Part shown: positions 40,345-49,753 of the stretch, in pieces
Numbering within the stretch: position 1 is the stretch's first letter
Layout of the letters: each line of letters opens with the position of its first letter
Assembly: GCA_963727865.1 (NCBI GenBank)
Contig: CAVSHY010000026.1
Span: forward strand, 54,327-118,326
Source of the DNA: an uncultured delta proteobacterium
GTDB lineage: Bacteria; Desulfobacterota; GWC2-55-46
Reading direction: 5' to 3'
DNA: 64,000 bases
Program-made: the position numbers and the translations under genes
The notes under the pieces: generated by a model
Told to the model about the DNA's origin: nothing
The model's database searches: none
What the model saw: the letters and a program-made list of their open reading frames with translations, nothing else

Positions 40345-40955
40345 TTGAAGGGGACGGCGGGGAAGCAGTTCTTACCCGGCGTTATCGCCGCAGGGGCTTC
40401 AACGGGCGGCCCGGCCGCGATATCAGCTCTTGTTAAAACTCTCCCCAGGGATTTTCATCCGGCCCTTCTGGTCTCCATGCATATGCCGCGGTGGTTGACA
40501 GCGCCTTTTGTGGAGAGGTTGCGGTCTGAATCAGATATATCCGTTAAGATCGCTGAAAACGGTTGTAAGGTGAAAAATGGTTGCGTACTTGTTGCGCCAG
40601 GCGGATATCACGTGTCTTTCATCAGGGAAGGGGATTAGGTTTACGTGAGGCTAATCCAGTGTGGAACGGAGGATCTCTACTCGCCTTCAATCGACCTTAT
40701 GCCGGCGACCTTATGCCGGGTTCAGCCGCTGAGGTATGGGGCGAGAGGCTTCCGGGCATAATAATGACCGGTATGGGAAGCGACGGTAAAGAGGGTGTTA
40801 TAGATGTCAAGAATAAAGGCGGTTATGTTATGGCGGAGTACAGGGAGAGTTCCGCCATTTTCAGCACGCCGTACGCCGCCATTTCTACGGGCAAGGTTGA
40901 TGAGGTGCTTTCGGTCAAGGACATAGGCGACCGGATCAGGAGATGGGTGGCATAA
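40345..40955 (+). pseudogene. cheB: CheB-type methylesterase (catalytic domain only), disrupted by an in-frame TAG and a 14-bp tandem duplication
   Basis: It has GASTGGP, VLVAPGGYH, PSIDLM and IIMTGMGSDG motifs. These are spread over two frames and interrupted by TAG at 40636-40638. Confidence 0.8.
40692..40719 (+). repeat. Exact 14-bp tandem duplication inside cheB
   Basis: CGACCTTATGCCGG occurs twice back to back. Removing one unit restores the frame. Confidence 0.95.
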
Positions 40956-41064
40956 AACCCTTGAAAGCTTTAATGTATCTGTGATAAGTTTACATGTCGG
41001 TTTATCGTTCATGGAGGTTAAATTGAGAAACGAGGGAATTTGCAAAAAAAGCGTCACGGCCTTG

Positions 41065-41811
41065 ATGAAGCTCCTGTTGTCAACGTCATTAATAATGATC
41101 GTTTTTACTTTTACCGGATGCAGCGTAACAAATATGGAGATACAGGGGCAGAGGGACCCGAAGGAACTTTACGACAGGGGAGTGAAAGCTTATCTTGAGC
41201 AGAAATACGAGGAAGCCGAGAAGAATTTCAAGGCATTGATTGAAAACCATCCTTTAAGCCCTTATTCGCTGGAAGCCGAACTCATGCTCGGAGACATCTG
41301 CTACACAACCGATAAATATGATGACGCGAGCTCATATTATACCAATTTTGTGGCTCTGCATCCTACGCACCCCAGGGCGCCCTATGCTCTCTTCCAGAAG
41401 GGTATGAGCCATTTCAAGGATGTTTTGAGCGTCGATAGAGACCAGACCGCTACAAGGAAGGCCCTTTTCGTATTTCAAGACCTCGTTTCCGCGTATCCTG
41501 ACTCGCCGTATCGTGACAGAGCGAAGGAACTCATCGGCTTCTTGAGAAGGCGGCTTGCCGAGAGAGAGTTTTATGTGGCCGATTTTTATTTCAAAAGCAA
41601 AAACTATAAAGGGGCTCTTTCAAGGTTCAGGGATATTTTGAAGAATTATCCGGAAGTAGGGCTGGCGGACAAGACCCTTTATTATATCGGTATCTCCTAT
41701 GCGAAACTCGGTGAAAAGGGGCTTGCCAGAGATACCTTTTCGGATCTCATTAGCAAATTCCCTGACAGTCCTTTCGTAAAAGACGCCCGGGGTCAGCTCC
41801 AGGAGGGTTAG
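41065..41811 (+). CDS. bamD: Outer membrane protein assembly factor BamD (YfiO lipoprotein)
   Basis: It has the lipobox FTGC and TPR-like repeats with a typical BamD sequence (PLSPYSLEAELMLGDICY...HPTHPRAPYALFQKGMSHF). Confidence 0.85.
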   Translation: MKLLLSTSLIMIVFTFTGCSVTNMEIQGQRDPKELYDRGVKAYLEQKYEEAEKNFKALIENHPLSPYSLEAELMLGDICYTTDKYDDASSYYTNFVALHPTHPRAPYALFQKGMSHFKDVLSVDRDQTATRKALFVFQDLVSAYPDSPYRDRAKELIGFLRRRLAEREFYVADFYFKSKNYKGALSRFRDILKNYPEVGLADKTLYYIGISYAKLGEKGLARDTFSDLISKFPDSPFVKDARGQLQEG

Positions 41812-41859
41812 TCCCTGAGGTAAATAAATCTGAAGCGGCGGCGGTCAAAAAGGTAACTG

Positions 41860-42564
41860 ATGGATAAAGGCTGGCAGCATTACTACGACCTGGGAAAAAA
41901 GGCGTTTGAAGAAGAGAAGTACGACCTGGCGCTGCAGTACCTCGAGAAGGTAGCCCTGGAAAAGAATAACTTCGCCGATGTGTTTAATATGCTCGGCCTG
42001 ATGTATTATGCCGCTTCAAGATTTGAGGATGCCATAGACTCCTTCCGGAAAGCCCTCGAGATTAACCCCAATTACACCGAAGCCTCTTTGAACCTCGCGG
42101 TCATATACAACGAGCTTGGACGGTTTGACAAATCAAGAGAAATGTACGCGATGGCCAGGGAGGTGAGGAGAGAGTCCAGGACTTACCTTGACCCCTACGT
42201 AAGAGGCAAGCTCGCCAACATGCATTATGGCCTTGGGACGATTTACAAGGACCTCGGGTTTTATCCTGAGGCCGCGGATGAATTTAAAAAAGCCCTGACC
42301 TTAAGACCCGAATTCGCCGACATAAGGACTGACCTGGGCGTAGCGTACAGGGATATGAGCGATTATGAAAACGCGATAAGGGAATTGGAAGAGGCCGTCA
42401 AGCAAAACCCTGATTACCCTTCATCAAGGGTTCAGCTCGGGTTAACCTATTATTCGATGGGGCAGGTTGAGAAGGCAAAAACCGAATGGCTTAAAGTCCT
42501 CAGGAAAGACCCCGCGGATAAGATGGCCCGGATGTATATGAACCTGCTTTTAACGGCAAAATAG
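41860..42564 (+). CDS. TPR repeat protein
   Basis: It has several canonical TPR units (A..F..AL.L.P....A...LG). Confidence 0.8.
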   Translation: MDKGWQHYYDLGKKAFEEEKYDLALQYLEKVALEKNNFADVFNMLGLMYYAASRFEDAIDSFRKALEINPNYTEASLNLAVIYNELGRFDKSREMYAMAREVRRESRTYLDPYVRGKLANMHYGLGTIYKDLGFYPEAADEFKKALTLRPEFADIRTDLGVAYRDMSDYENAIRELEEAVKQNPDYPSSRVQLGLTYYSMGQVEKAKTEWLKVLRKDPADKMARMYMNLLLTAK

Positions 42565-42570
42565 CGGACT

Positions 42571-45222
42571 TTACTTTCCCGAGGCTATTTCTTCTATTGT
42601 CCTGAAGGCCTGTTCAATAGCCTCATCGATCTTCTCGACGTCATTTCCTCCGGCCTGGGCCATATCTTCCCTGCCGCCGCCTTTGCCCCCCACAACAGTG
42701 GCCAGCCTTTTAATTATCTCGCCGGCGCTGAACCTTTTTGTAAGGTCTTTTGTCACGGCCGCGAGAAGGATGGCCTTGCTGTCCTGGCGGCTTCCGAGGA
42801 CTACTATCCCTGAACCAAGCCTGGCCCTTAGCGTATCGGCTGTTTCACGGAGGTCTTTCGGGTCCCCTGTAGTGACCTTTACGGCGAGAACATTAACGTC
42901 ATTTATCCTGCGTACCGTCTCAAGTAGTTTTTCCACGGAAACGGCCTTGCTTTTCCCTTTGAGCTTTTCTATTTCCTTTTCAAGTTCCTTCTGCCGCTCC
43001 AGGAGTTTAATTATCTTATCTGGTACTTCGAGCCTGGAGGCCTTGAGGATATGGGCGCTTTGCTTCAAGGCAGTATCGGCCTTTGCGGTAACGTCGAGCG
43101 CGCCTTCGCCCGTGACGGCTTCGATCCTTCTTACGCCGGAAGCTACAGACCCTTCGGAGGTTATCTTTATAAGCCCGATATCTCCGGTCCTGGTGACGTG
43201 GGTTCCGCCGCAAAGCTCGGCGCTTACCCCTTCAATACTGACCATGCGCACGGTTTCTCCGTATTTTTCGTCGAAAAAGGCCATCGCCCCTTTTTCGATA
43301 GCCTCTTTATACGGAACCACCTCTGTTTTAACTTCTATATTCGCCATGACGACACTGTTAATATCTTCCTCGATTTCTTTAATCGTTTTATCGTTTAACG
43401 CCTCGAAGTGGTTAAAGTCAAAGCGGAACCCTTTGGGGGTTACAAGGGAACCCGCCTGTCTAACGTGACTTCCTACGGTTTTCCTCAGCGCGGAATGCAG
43501 TATGTGCGTTGCGGTATGGTTCCGGCGCGTAGCCTTTCTTTTCTCGATATCAGGGACGAGCTCCGCCATATCCTCAACGGAAATCGAGCCCTCGGCAACG
43601 GTAGAGTAATGGACGATAAGATTGTTAAGAGGCCTCTTCGTGTCATGCACTTTGACGCTAAAACCCTTGCCTACGATTATCCCTGCATCGCCAACCTGGC
43701 CGCCGGATTCTCCATAAAAAGGCGTCTCTTCGGTTATTATCTCGATCTTATCCCCCACGAAGGCGCTGTCCACGCTGACCCCGTCCTTTATAAGGCATAA
43801 CACCTTTGAGGATACCGCTTCCATGTGATAGCCGACAAACTGGGAACTCAAGCCCGCGTTTGAGAGCTTCCTGTACAGTTCCTGTGTTGACGCCGTACCC
43901 TGGATGCCTTTCCACGCAAGCCTTGCCTTCTTCCTCTGCTCATCCATAAACCTGGAGAAGCCTTCCTCATCAACGGAAAACCCTTCTTTTCTTACGATAT
44001 CAGCCGTAAGGTCAAGTGGAAAACCGTAGGTGTCGTAGAGTTTAAAGGCTACGTCTCCGGGAATAACGGCGGCTTTACGTCCCTTTAGCGAATTTATCTC
44101 CTCATCAAGCATGTTGAGCCCGCGCTCGAGCGTTTCAAAGAACCTCTCTTCCTCACCTATGGTAGCCCGTTCGACAAGGTCTTTCGCCCTCAGGGCCTCA
44201 GGATAGACAGAGGAGAGGAGTTCAATGACTTTACTATTCAACTTGTGGATAAACGGCTCCTTAAGCCCGAGGAACCTCCCATGCCTTGCGGCCCTCCTTA
44301 TGATCCTGCGGAGCACGTAACCCCTGCCTTCATTGCTCGGCAGAACGCCATCAGCGATAATAAACGTTATCGCCCTCGAGTGGTCGGCTACGGCCCTTAT
44401 TGAGACGTCATCATCGTGGTTGATCCCGTATTTTTTAGAGGATAGTTTCTCAATCCTCTCTATGAGGGGCGTGAAAAGGTCGCTGTCATAGTTTGTTTTT
44501 TTCCCCTGCACGACAGCCGCCAGACGCTCAAGCCCCATGCCTGTGTCTATGCTCGGCCTGGGAAGCGGCTCAAGCTCTCCCCTCAAATTGCGGTTGTACT
44601 GCATAAATACCAGGTTCCAGAGTTCAAGGAACCTGTCGCAGTCGCAGCCTACCCTGCAATCTGGCCTGCCGCATCCCACATCCTCACCCTGGTCTATTAT
44701 GATCTCTGAACAGGGTCCGCACGGTCCAGTATCTCCCATCGACCAGAAGTTGTCTTTCTCCCCCATCCGGACGATCCTCTCCGGAGGTAGCCCGCTCGTC
44801 TTTTTCCAGACCTCGGCGGCCTCGTCGTCGGTCTCGAAGACTGTTACCCAGAGCTTTGCGGAGGGGAGCTTCATATGGTTTACCAGGAAGTCCCAGGCAT
44901 ATCGTATCGCGTCTTCCTTGAAGTAATCGCCGAAGGAGAAGTTTCCGAGCATCTCGAAGAACGTATGATGCCGTGCCGTCCTGCCGACGTTCTCAAGATC
45001 ATTGTGTTTGCCGCCGGCCCTCACGCACCTCTGGCATGTCGCGGCCCTTACGTACTCACGGGTCTCTTCGAGAAGAAATACACCCTTAAACTGGACCATC
45101 CCAGCGTTTGTAAAAAGGAGCGTTGTGTCGCCCTTGGGCACAAGGCTTGAGGAAGGCACGACGGTATGATTGTTCTTCGCGAAATACTCAAGAAACAGGC
45201 TTCTTATCTCGTTTGATTTCAT
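42571..45222 (-). CDS. alaS: Alanine--tRNA ligase
   Basis: It has FTNAGMVQFK, a class II core, an editing domain (HTATHILH) and a C-terminal DHHA1-like domain. Confidence 0.95.
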   Translation of the reverse strand: MKSNEIRSLFLEYFAKNNHTVVPSSSLVPKGDTTLLFTNAGMVQFKGVFLLEETREYVRAATCQRCVRAGGKHNDLENVGRTARHHTFFEMLGNFSFGDYFKEDAIRYAWDFLVNHMKLPSAKLWVTVFETDDEAAEVWKKTSGLPPERIVRMGEKDNFWSMGDTGPCGPCSEIIIDQGEDVGCGRPDCRVGCDCDRFLELWNLVFMQYNRNLRGELEPLPRPSIDTGMGLERLAAVVQGKKTNYDSDLFTPLIERIEKLSSKKYGINHDDDVSIRAVADHSRAITFIIADGVLPSNEGRGYVLRRIIRRAARHGRFLGLKEPFIHKLNSKVIELLSSVYPEALRAKDLVERATIGEEERFFETLERGLNMLDEEINSLKGRKAAVIPGDVAFKLYDTYGFPLDLTADIVRKEGFSVDEEGFSRFMDEQRKKARLAWKGIQGTASTQELYRKLSNAGLSSQFVGYHMEAVSSKVLCLIKDGVSVDSAFVGDKIEIITEETPFYGESGGQVGDAGIIVGKGFSVKVHDTKRPLNNLIVHYSTVAEGSISVEDMAELVPDIEKRKATRRNHTATHILHSALRKTVGSHVRQAGSLVTPKGFRFDFNHFEALNDKTIKEIEEDINSVVMANIEVKTEVVPYKEAIEKGAMAFFDEKYGETVRMVSIEGVSAELCGGTHVTRTGDIGLIKITSEGSVASGVRRIEAVTGEGALDVTAKADTALKQSAHILKASRLEVPDKIIKLLERQKELEKEIEKLKGKSKAVSVEKLLETVRRINDVNVLAVKVTTGDPKDLRETADTLRARLGSGIVVLGSRQDSKAILLAAVTKDLTKRFSAGEIIKRLATVVGGKGGGREDMAQAGGNDVEKIDEAIEQAFRTIEEIASGK

Positions 45223-45246
45223 TTTTTTCGATATGTTTATTTTAAG

Positions 45247-45747
45247 CTATTCTTCCGCTTCAAACCTGTTCTTTGATCCGTCCAGAGTATTTATTATAAC
45301 ATATGTAGGGAAGCCCAGTCCCTTAAGAAATCTGAAGGCCTTTTCGGATTCGATCCTTCCGAGGGGAGGGGAGAGCCCCTTTTTTCTTACCCACTTCCTG
45401 AAGGCCTTCCCGGCGGTCTCTGCCATGGAATCGTTCGAGGCGTCGTATGAAGCGATGACTCTCTGGATTATCTCCTTCGCAATCCCCTTTGACGAGAGAT
45501 CAAAGGCGATCTTGGCCGGCCCCCAGTTCTTATTGCGTATCCTTGAGCTTGCGAGCAATTCCGCAAACCTTTCATCGTTCAAATAACCTGCCTTAAGAAG
45601 ATAATCGACCGCTTTATTTATCTCGGAACTTCCGAAATTCTTCTCCTTAAGTCTTTCCCTGACTTCCGAGATGCTTCGTTCTCTGTATGAAAGGTACTTT
45701 AACGCTACTGTTAAGACGTCTTTCGCGTTATCGGATTTACGCGTCAT
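45247..45747 (-). CDS. recX: Recombination regulator RecX
   Basis: It has the ALKYLSYRERSISEVRERL helical repeat pattern and sits between the recA region and alaS. Confidence 0.85.
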   Translation of the reverse strand: MTRKSDNAKDVLTVALKYLSYRERSISEVRERLKEKNFGSSEINKAVDYLLKAGYLNDERFAELLASSRIRNKNWGPAKIAFDLSSKGIAKEIIQRVIASYDASNDSMAETAGKAFRKWVRKKGLSPPLGRIESEKAFRFLKGLGFPTYVIINTLDGSKNRFEAEE

Positions 45748-46013
45748 TCTCGGTCCTTTATCATGACAGGCACCGGTTTATTAACAGGCTGCTGAAAAAC
45801 ACCGTTTTGAGGGAAACTTGCTGCTTTATAACTAAAGCGCTTTTAGTTTTTTATTTTTTAAATGCAACAAGCCCGGTTTACGCGCGCTTAAAAACTCCCC
45901 GGAGACCCTTCAAAGACATTTAAAGTTCCCGTTAAAATCCCTGTTAATCATCAGGGTTTTCTACGGGAAGAACTCTGAAAGTTTTGGAGAGAGTTTGAGG
46001 TTGCGGAAAGCAA

Positions 46014-46235
46014 TTGAAGCTCCCGGCGGCAAGCCGCGCTTAATCTTCCGAATGTAAGTTTTTTCAGAGTCCTTTAGGGAGAACCTGAAAATAAGCGGTG
46101 TTTCGCGAAGGACTTTTTCAGAGTCCTTCATGGGGTTCCTAAAAATCAACGGCGTCTCGCGAAGGACTTTAAAAATTCCGTTCGCTCTCACCGCAGAGCT
46201 TTTCTTCGGGCAGGGTGACGCGCTACGCATTTTCA
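46014..46235 (-). repeat. Modular intergenic repeat, long copy D (two internal units), minus orientation
   Basis: The reverse complement reads TGAAAATGCGTAGCGCGTCACCCTGCCCGAAG...GAAGATTAAGCGCGGCTTGCCGCCGGGAGCTTCAA. Confidence 0.88.
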
Positions 46236-46365
46236 CTCTCAGACCGCTTGACCCTGTCATGCGTTGTCACCGGGAAACCATGCAAACGGTCAGCCGCGGC
46301 GCCTTTTTACAAAAAAAGACGCTCTCAAAACAACTTTTTCACGCGACCTCTGAAAGATTAAAATA

Positions 46366-47529
46366 TTAAAAACGCTCTATGTCCTGAGCCGGGGTTCGGG
46401 CGCCTTCTTTTTCATCTTTTTCGAAGTCTTTCCAGCCCATATCGCTCGTACCTGTTATGCCTTTCACCTTTAAAGCGAAATCAGCCGGGTTACTCGCCTG
46501 TTTTAAGGCCTCGTCATAAGAGATTAAGCCTCTATTAAGGAGCGAGAGTATCGACTGGTCAAAGGACTGCATGCCGTAAGTCGTATACCCTTTGGAAATA
46601 GCGTCCGCGATATCCTTTGTCTTTTCCTTGTCTTCGATGCATTCCCTTATCCTCGACGTGGTTACCATTATTTCGACGGCGGGGACCCTGCCTTTTCCGT
46701 CTTTGGTGGGCAGCAATCTCTGGGAGATTATGGCCTTTATAACTCCGGCAAGCTGGATCCTCACCTGCTTCTGCTGATAGGGAGGGAAGACCGAGACGAT
46801 CCTGTTGACGGTTTCCATCGCGTCTATGGTATGCAGCGTCGATAAGACCAGATGCCCGGTCTCGGCCGCGGTAAGCGCGATCTCTATAGTCTCAAGATCG
46901 CGCATTTCCCCTACAAGGATGATGTCGGGGTCCTGTCTGAGCGCGCCCCGGAGCGCCTCGGAGAAGGTCCGGGCGTCCGTGCCTATTTCCCTCTGATTTA
47001 TTATGCAGCGCTTGTCCCTGTGGAGGAATTCTATCGGGTCTTCAACCGTTATTATATGATCGGACCTCCTGTTGTTTATCGAGTCTATCATCGTGGCGAG
47101 CGTTGTGGATTTTCCGCTGCCGGTAACCCCTGTCACGAGCACTAAGCCGCGGACCTCGTTAGAGATGATGTCAAGCACCTTCGGCAGGTTAAGCTCCTCC
47201 AGGTTCTGTATCTTCATCGGGATTACCCTGAAGACTACTCCGGTGGCGCCCCTCTGTTGAAATACGTTTACCCTGAACCTCCCGAGACCGGGGATACTGT
47301 AAGCCATATCGACCTGGTGCGCGCTCTTGAAGGTTTCTTTCTGGGCGTCGTTCATGATCCTCAAGGCTGTTCTCGCGACCTCGTCGGGGGCCAGCCTTTC
47401 GTGGTTTTTGATGGGAACAAGGCTGCCGTTTATGCGCAGAATCGGCGGAACCCCTGCCTTGAGATGGACATCCGAGGCCCTGCCCTTTATAGCGATGTTC
47501 AGTATGGAGCTTAAGTCGATTTCTGCCAT
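46366..47529 (-). CDS. pilT: Type IV pilus retraction ATPase PilT family
   Basis: It has Walker A (GVTGSGKSTT), the Asp box, Walker B and GLGRFRVNVFQQRG. It has a roughly 40-aa C-terminal extension. Confidence 0.88.
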   Translation of the reverse strand: MAEIDLSSILNIAIKGRASDVHLKAGVPPILRINGSLVPIKNHERLAPDEVARTALRIMNDAQKETFKSAHQVDMAYSIPGLGRFRVNVFQQRGATGVVFRVIPMKIQNLEELNLPKVLDIISNEVRGLVLVTGVTGSGKSTTLATMIDSINNRRSDHIITVEDPIEFLHRDKRCIINQREIGTDARTFSEALRGALRQDPDIILVGEMRDLETIEIALTAAETGHLVLSTLHTIDAMETVNRIVSVFPPYQQKQVRIQLAGVIKAIISQRLLPTKDGKGRVPAVEIMVTTSRIRECIEDKEKTKDIADAISKGYTTYGMQSFDQSILSLLNRGLISYDEALKQASNPADFALKVKGITGTSDMGWKDFEKDEKEGARTPAQDIERF

Positions 47530-47533
47530 GAGA

Positions 47534-48556
47534 TCACTCCTCTACAGTCTTTATTCCGTAATGTTTGAGTATTTTCTTTTCTATTTCAAGGGCTACCTGC
47601 GGGTGCTCCTTCAGGAAATTACGCGCCGCTTCCTTGCCCTGTCCGAGCCGTTCCCCGTCATAGGAGAACCATGAGCCGCTCTTCTCAACGATATTGGCGT
47701 TCGCCCCCAGGTCAAGGATGTCCCCCTCTTTTGATATGCCTTCGCCAAAGAGTATGTCGAACTCCGCGTCCTTGAAAGGCGGGGCGAGCTTGTTTTTGAC
47801 CACCTTGACCCTGATCCTGTTGCCTATTACCGCCTCCCCCTGTTTTATCTGGCCTATCTTCCTTATATCCAACCTCAGGGAAGCGTAGAACTTAAGGGCG
47901 TTACCGCCTGTGGTGGTTTCGGGGCTGCCGTACATTACGCCTATCTTGTGCCTTATCTGGTTTATGAATATAACGCAGGTTTTGCTTTTGCTTATCGTTG
48001 AGGTAAGTTTCCTTAACGCCTGGCTCATGAGGCGCGCCTGAAGCCCCATATGGGAGTCTCCCATATCGCCCTCAAGCTCGGCTCTCGGAACAAGCGCCGC
48101 CACTGAATCCACCACGATGAGATCAACCGCCCCGCTTCTTATAAGGACATCGGCTATCTCAAGGGCCTGCTCGCCGGTATCCGGCTGCGAAAGCAGAAGG
48201 TCATCGGTATTTACCGAAAGTTTCTTCGTGTACGCGAGATCGAGCGCGTGTTCCGCGTCTATAAAGGCTACCGTGCCGCCGGCCTTTTGAGCTTCCGCGG
48301 CTATGTGGAGCGCGAGGGTGGTCTTACCGGATGACTCGGGACCGAATATCTCCACGACCCGCCCCCGGGGAACCCCGCCGATGCCGAGCGCTATGTTAAG
48401 CGCGGGGGACCCTGTTGATATCGTCAGTACATCGGCAGGGACCCCGTCTTTGCCGAGCCTCATGATAGAACCTTTGCCAAATTGTTTTTCAATCTGGGTT
48501 ATCGCGAGTTCTATCGCTTTTCCTTTGCTGGACGTTGATGCGGTAGAATTTGACAT
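47534..48556 (-). CDS. recA: Recombinase RecA
   Basis: It has [17 protein letters not shown] and the L2 loop region. Confidence 0.97.
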   Translation of the reverse strand: MSNSTASTSSKGKAIELAITQIEKQFGKGSIMRLGKDGVPADVLTISTGSPALNIALGIGGVPRGRVVEIFGPESSGKTTLALHIAAEAQKAGGTVAFIDAEHALDLAYTKKLSVNTDDLLLSQPDTGEQALEIADVLIRSGAVDLIVVDSVAALVPRAELEGDMGDSHMGLQARLMSQALRKLTSTISKSKTCVIFINQIRHKIGVMYGSPETTTGGNALKFYASLRLDIRKIGQIKQGEAVIGNRIRVKVVKNKLAPPFKDAEFDILFGEGISKEGDILDLGANANIVEKSGSWFSYDGERLGQGKEAARNFLKEHPQVALEIEKKILKHYGIKTVEE

Positions 48557-48611
48557 TTATCTGGACCTCCGTTCCTAATTAATACGTTATAATCTTTTAG
48601 CGTGATTTATG

Positions 48612-49184
48612 TCAAGTGTTTGGCGCAAGATTTACACGTTTAAGTACTGAATATTTCGCGCCTTTTGGGTTAAGTTCACTTTCAAAGAGAGCGAAGGAGT
48701 CTGTTTTGAAGACGATATCCGCCGCTTCCTTCAGCTCCATCGCGGCCTTGCCTGCCGCCCTGCCGGCATCACTCGATCTTATTCTGCACAACGTAAGGTG
48801 GGGTTGGAAAGGGCGGCCTTCTTTTTCAAAGCCGAGGCGGCAAAGCCTCTCTTCGATATTCCCATGCAGTTGCTTTAGCTCCATGCTCTCTTTTATCCCA
48901 ACCCATATTACCCTTGGGCTTTTAAGTCCTGGAAACCCGCCGACGCCTCCGGCGGAGAGGTGAAAGGGTTCTATCCCTTCGGCGGCTTTTTTAAGTTCCC
49001 CGTAGATATCTTCGACCCTTGAGGGTTCGATCTCGCCGAGGAATTTAAGCGTAAGGTGGATATTTTCCGGCTTGGCCCAGGAGACACCGTCCTCTTTGCC
49101 GGCCTTTTTACTCAGCTCATCCCGGACGGCGCGGAGCATTTCAGTTACTGCATCCGGGAGCTCTATGGCTATAAACGCCCTCAT
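48612..49184 (-). CDS. thpR: RNA 2',3'-cyclic phosphodiesterase (2H family, ThpR/LigT)
   Basis: It has two HxTx motifs (HLTLKF, HLTLCR). Confidence 0.85.
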   Translation of the reverse strand: MRAFIAIELPDAVTEMLRAVRDELSKKAGKEDGVSWAKPENIHLTLKFLGEIEPSRVEDIYGELKKAAEGIEPFHLSAGGVGGFPGLKSPRVIWVGIKESMELKQLHGNIEERLCRLGFEKEGRPFQPHLTLCRIRSSDAGRAAGKAAMELKEAADIVFKTDSFALFESELNPKGAKYSVLKRVNLAPNT

Positions 49185-49213
49185 CTTTAAGCCGTGGCCC
49201 TCTTATGCCGACT

Positions 49214-49753
49214 TTAGTTTTGTAACCCGCCGCCCCCGCCCCGCATGAGAAGCCCCGAAAGAACGGTAAGAGCCTCAACAGAGGCTCGCCTCTTTATGGA
49301 TAGCCTGGTCCCCTTGAAAGAAAATTTCCTGACTATAATCTTTTTTCCCACTGAAACGCCTATAAAAACGGTGCCGACTGGTTTTTCAGGGCTCCCGCCG
49401 CCGGGGCCGGCTATGCCTGTTATGGAAATTCCGGCGTCGCTCTTAAGCTTCTTTCTTACCCCAACGGCCATCTCGACAGCCGTATGGCGCGATACCGCGC
49501 CCCAGGCCTTGAGCGTTTCCGCTCGAACTTCGAGGATTATTCTTTTTACGTCATTACTGTAAGCGACTACGCCTCCCAAGAAATATTCCGAGCTTCCCGG
49601 GACGTTAGTTATCATGTTCGACAGCATCCCGCCGCTGCAGGATTCGGCAACGGCAAGGGTCAAACCCCTTTTCTTAAGGATCTGCCCGATAAGAACCTCC
49701 GGGCCGGTTGAACCTCTGCCGGGTTTCTTCCCTGTATCTAATGTCGAAACCAT
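49214..49753 (-). CDS. pncC: CinA C-terminal domain protein / nicotinamide-nucleotide amidohydrolase
   Basis: It has LAVAESCSGGMLS and GISITGIAGPGGG and sits upstream of recA. Confidence 0.85.
   Translation of the reverse strand: MVSTLDTGKKPGRGSTGPEVLIGQILKKRGLTLAVAESCSGGMLSNMITNVPGSSEYFLGGVVAYSNDVKRIILEVRAETLKAWGAVSRHTAVEMAVGVRKKLKSDAGISITGIAGPGGGSPEKPVGTVFIGVSVGKKIIVRKFSFKGTRLSIKRRASVEALTVLSGLLMRGGGGGLQN

Noticed and set aside
40581-40955. A 124-aa ORF considered as an independent gene.
   Set aside because: It is the C-terminal half of the CheB catalytic domain (IIMTGMGSDG...). It has been displaced into another frame by the 14-bp duplication.
45828-45860. An AT-rich hairpin, AACTAAA-GCGCT-TTTAGTT, followed by a T-run on the plus strand. 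It was considered as a terminator or sRNA 3' end.
   Set aside because: No plus-strand gene or promoter lies upstream, since recX and alaS are on the minus strand. The stem is weak (A/T only). It is probably just part of the recX upstream AT-rich region.
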